64,000 nt of DNA from Cirrosporium novae-zelandiae. Taxonomy: Eukaryota. Positions 62,629 to 64,000 of this stretch are shown here, in pieces (position 1 is the stretch's first letter; each line of letters starts with the position of its first letter). The stretch spans positions 310,001-374,000 of the forward strand of contig JAPETS010000022.1 in NCBI GenBank assembly GCA_026023565.1, read 5' to 3'. The position numbers were made by a program, and so were the translations under genes. A model generated the notes under the pieces. That model was not told where the DNA came from, did no database searches, and was given only the letters and a program-made list of their open reading frames with translations.

Positions 62629-63798
62629 TTATAAAACACCCCCCTCTCCGACGCCATCCCCATCACCCCAAACCTTCTCGACTAACCCCCGTCCCCCCTC
62701 ATCCCCCAAAATAGTCATAAAGTCTCTCGCCGCCAAAATAGCAGCCCGAACCCTCTCAGTCTCAATCACACTCCCACAGTCCCTCGCCGCCGCGGCCTCT
62801 TCATTCGCATCTATGATCATGTCTGCCCAGGAGAAAAGGTCGTGCATTTGTTGGGCGGCGCGACGTTGTTCGCTGTGCGAGTAGAGGGTGAGGGCGCGGT
62901 GCCAGATTTGGTTTGTAATTTTTTGGATGGAGTGAGCGAGGGGGGGTGGGGGGTTGTGGTTGTGGCTGTGAGGGTGAGTGTAAGGGGTTGGTTCTGTCTT
63001 TGTTGATTCTGATACTGATTGTGATGCTGAGGCGTTATGGGGGACGCGGGGGTATGGGGTATAGCGATGGTGGTGAAGGTGGAAGGGGCATCGTCGGATG
63101 CAGAGTGTTGAAGTTGAAGGGGAGAAAGTAGAGGAGGTTGGGCGGGTGGTGCTTTTTTTGAGGTAGGCGTGGGCGGCGTCGGTGCAGATTTTAAGGACCC
63201 GTTGGAGGAGGAGAAGTCGTGAGGTGGCGGCTATGGAGATGAAGGAGGCCGGCGTGTATGTGCTCGAGGTCTCTGAGTAGGAACAGCGGGTGCCTTGAAG
63301 CAGGTCTGGGTGGATATTTGACGTTGCCGAGGGGGAGCACGAGGTGGTGCTTGGGATGTGGATTAGTTGGTGGCTATCGACGTTGTTTGCCGGCGGTATG
63401 TTGCTGTTATTGTTGGTGGTGGAGGTGGTAGTGGTTGTAGTATTGGGTGTATTGAGTAGTGATATTTGTGGAGTTGGCGCTCTGAGAGAGGCCTGGGGTG
63501 GACATGGTGTCTGGTTGACTGGAACCGGTAAACTCATCGGTGAGATGGATGGAGAATATCGGATAAGGGAGTTATAACCTGCTGGATTACTTCTGCTAAT
63601 TTGGTTTGGTGTGCCAGAGAAGGGTGAGATGAAATGTGGAAACTGAGGTGTTGGGACGGCCGGTAGAGTATACGAAAATACAGGCCTTGGCTCCGTGGAA
63701 TAGCTCTGGGTCGTCTGATTCTGAGGTGGAGCGGATGTAGTCACCTGTGCTGAATTTGAAAACATATCTCGCCTGTTAGTACAAAGTTGCGATAACAT
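62629..63798 (-). CDS. hypothetical protein (Pro/Ser/Thr-rich N-terminus, helical C-terminus)
   Basis: 389-codon ATG-initiated ORF. The C-terminal segments LLLQRVLKICTDAAHAYL and IQKITNQIWHRA...MHDLFSWADMI look structured. No family recognised. Confidence 0.65.
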   Translation of the reverse strand: MLSQLCTNRRDMFSNSAQVTTSAPPQNQTTQSYSTEPRPVFSYTLPAVPTPQFPHFISPFSGTPNQISRSNPAGYNSLIRYSPSISPMSLPVPVNQTPCPPQASLRAPTPQISLLNTPNTTTTTTSTTNNNSNIPPANNVDSHQLIHIPSTTSCSPSATSNIHPDLLQGTRCSYSETSSTYTPASFISIAATSRLLLLQRVLKICTDAAHAYLKKSTTRPTSSTFSPSTSTLCIRRCPFHLHHHRYTPYPRVPHNASASQSVSESTKTEPTPYTHPHSHNHNPPPPLAHSIQKITNQIWHRALTLYSHSEQRRAAQQMHDLFSWADMIIDANEEAAAARDCGSVIETERVRAAILAARDFMTILGDEGGRGLVEKVWGDGDGVGEGGVL

Positions 63799-64000
63799 GA
63801 TTTCGCCAGCTTGATTAAAATCTGGTAAACATGACGGTGGGGCACCTCAAGTTATATTTTGATCAAATAAAGGCGGGTTTACTTACGTGGTATTAGAATC
63901 TTCAGGCAGGTATTGCTATCTTCTACATTCGTGGCTGAAGTCCAAGTTCAGAATCTCAGTGTAACAAATGCTCTTTCATTGTAACAGGACTAGTAGAATA

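Overview
Eukaryotic, intron-containing DNA from a filamentous ascomycete (Pezizomycotina). This is inferred from GT-AG introns with CTRAY branch sites and from the gene families present. About 18 protein-coding loci can be supported. Housekeeping and metabolic genes: bZIP factor, SMP-30/gluconolactonase, AT-hook+EVE protein, N-terminal methyltransferase, aldehyde dehydrogenase, amidase, SDR, Swp1/ribophorin II, amino-acid permease. There is also an intron-containing tRNA-Asp(GTC). These are separated by intergenic zones very rich in microsatellites. Two accessory-looking blocks stand out. (i) 27.6-40.3 kb carries a BTB protein, a nested fold-back element, a head-to-head pair made of a P-loop-less NACHT/STAND-like gene and an intact DUF7025-type AAA+ ATPase, and a DUF3176 gene. 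(ii) 57.7-61.7 kb carries a patatin-NB-ARC-TPR NLR disabled by RIP-like stops, a frameshift and loss of the P-loop. Also visible are a dispersed ~60-120 bp repeat with a hairpin and splice-like signals (at least 6 copies), a 3-exon 97-aa gene not resolved by the ORF track, and a recurrent C-rich to G-rich switch inside several coding regions. All family calls come from motif recognition by eye; no database search was run.
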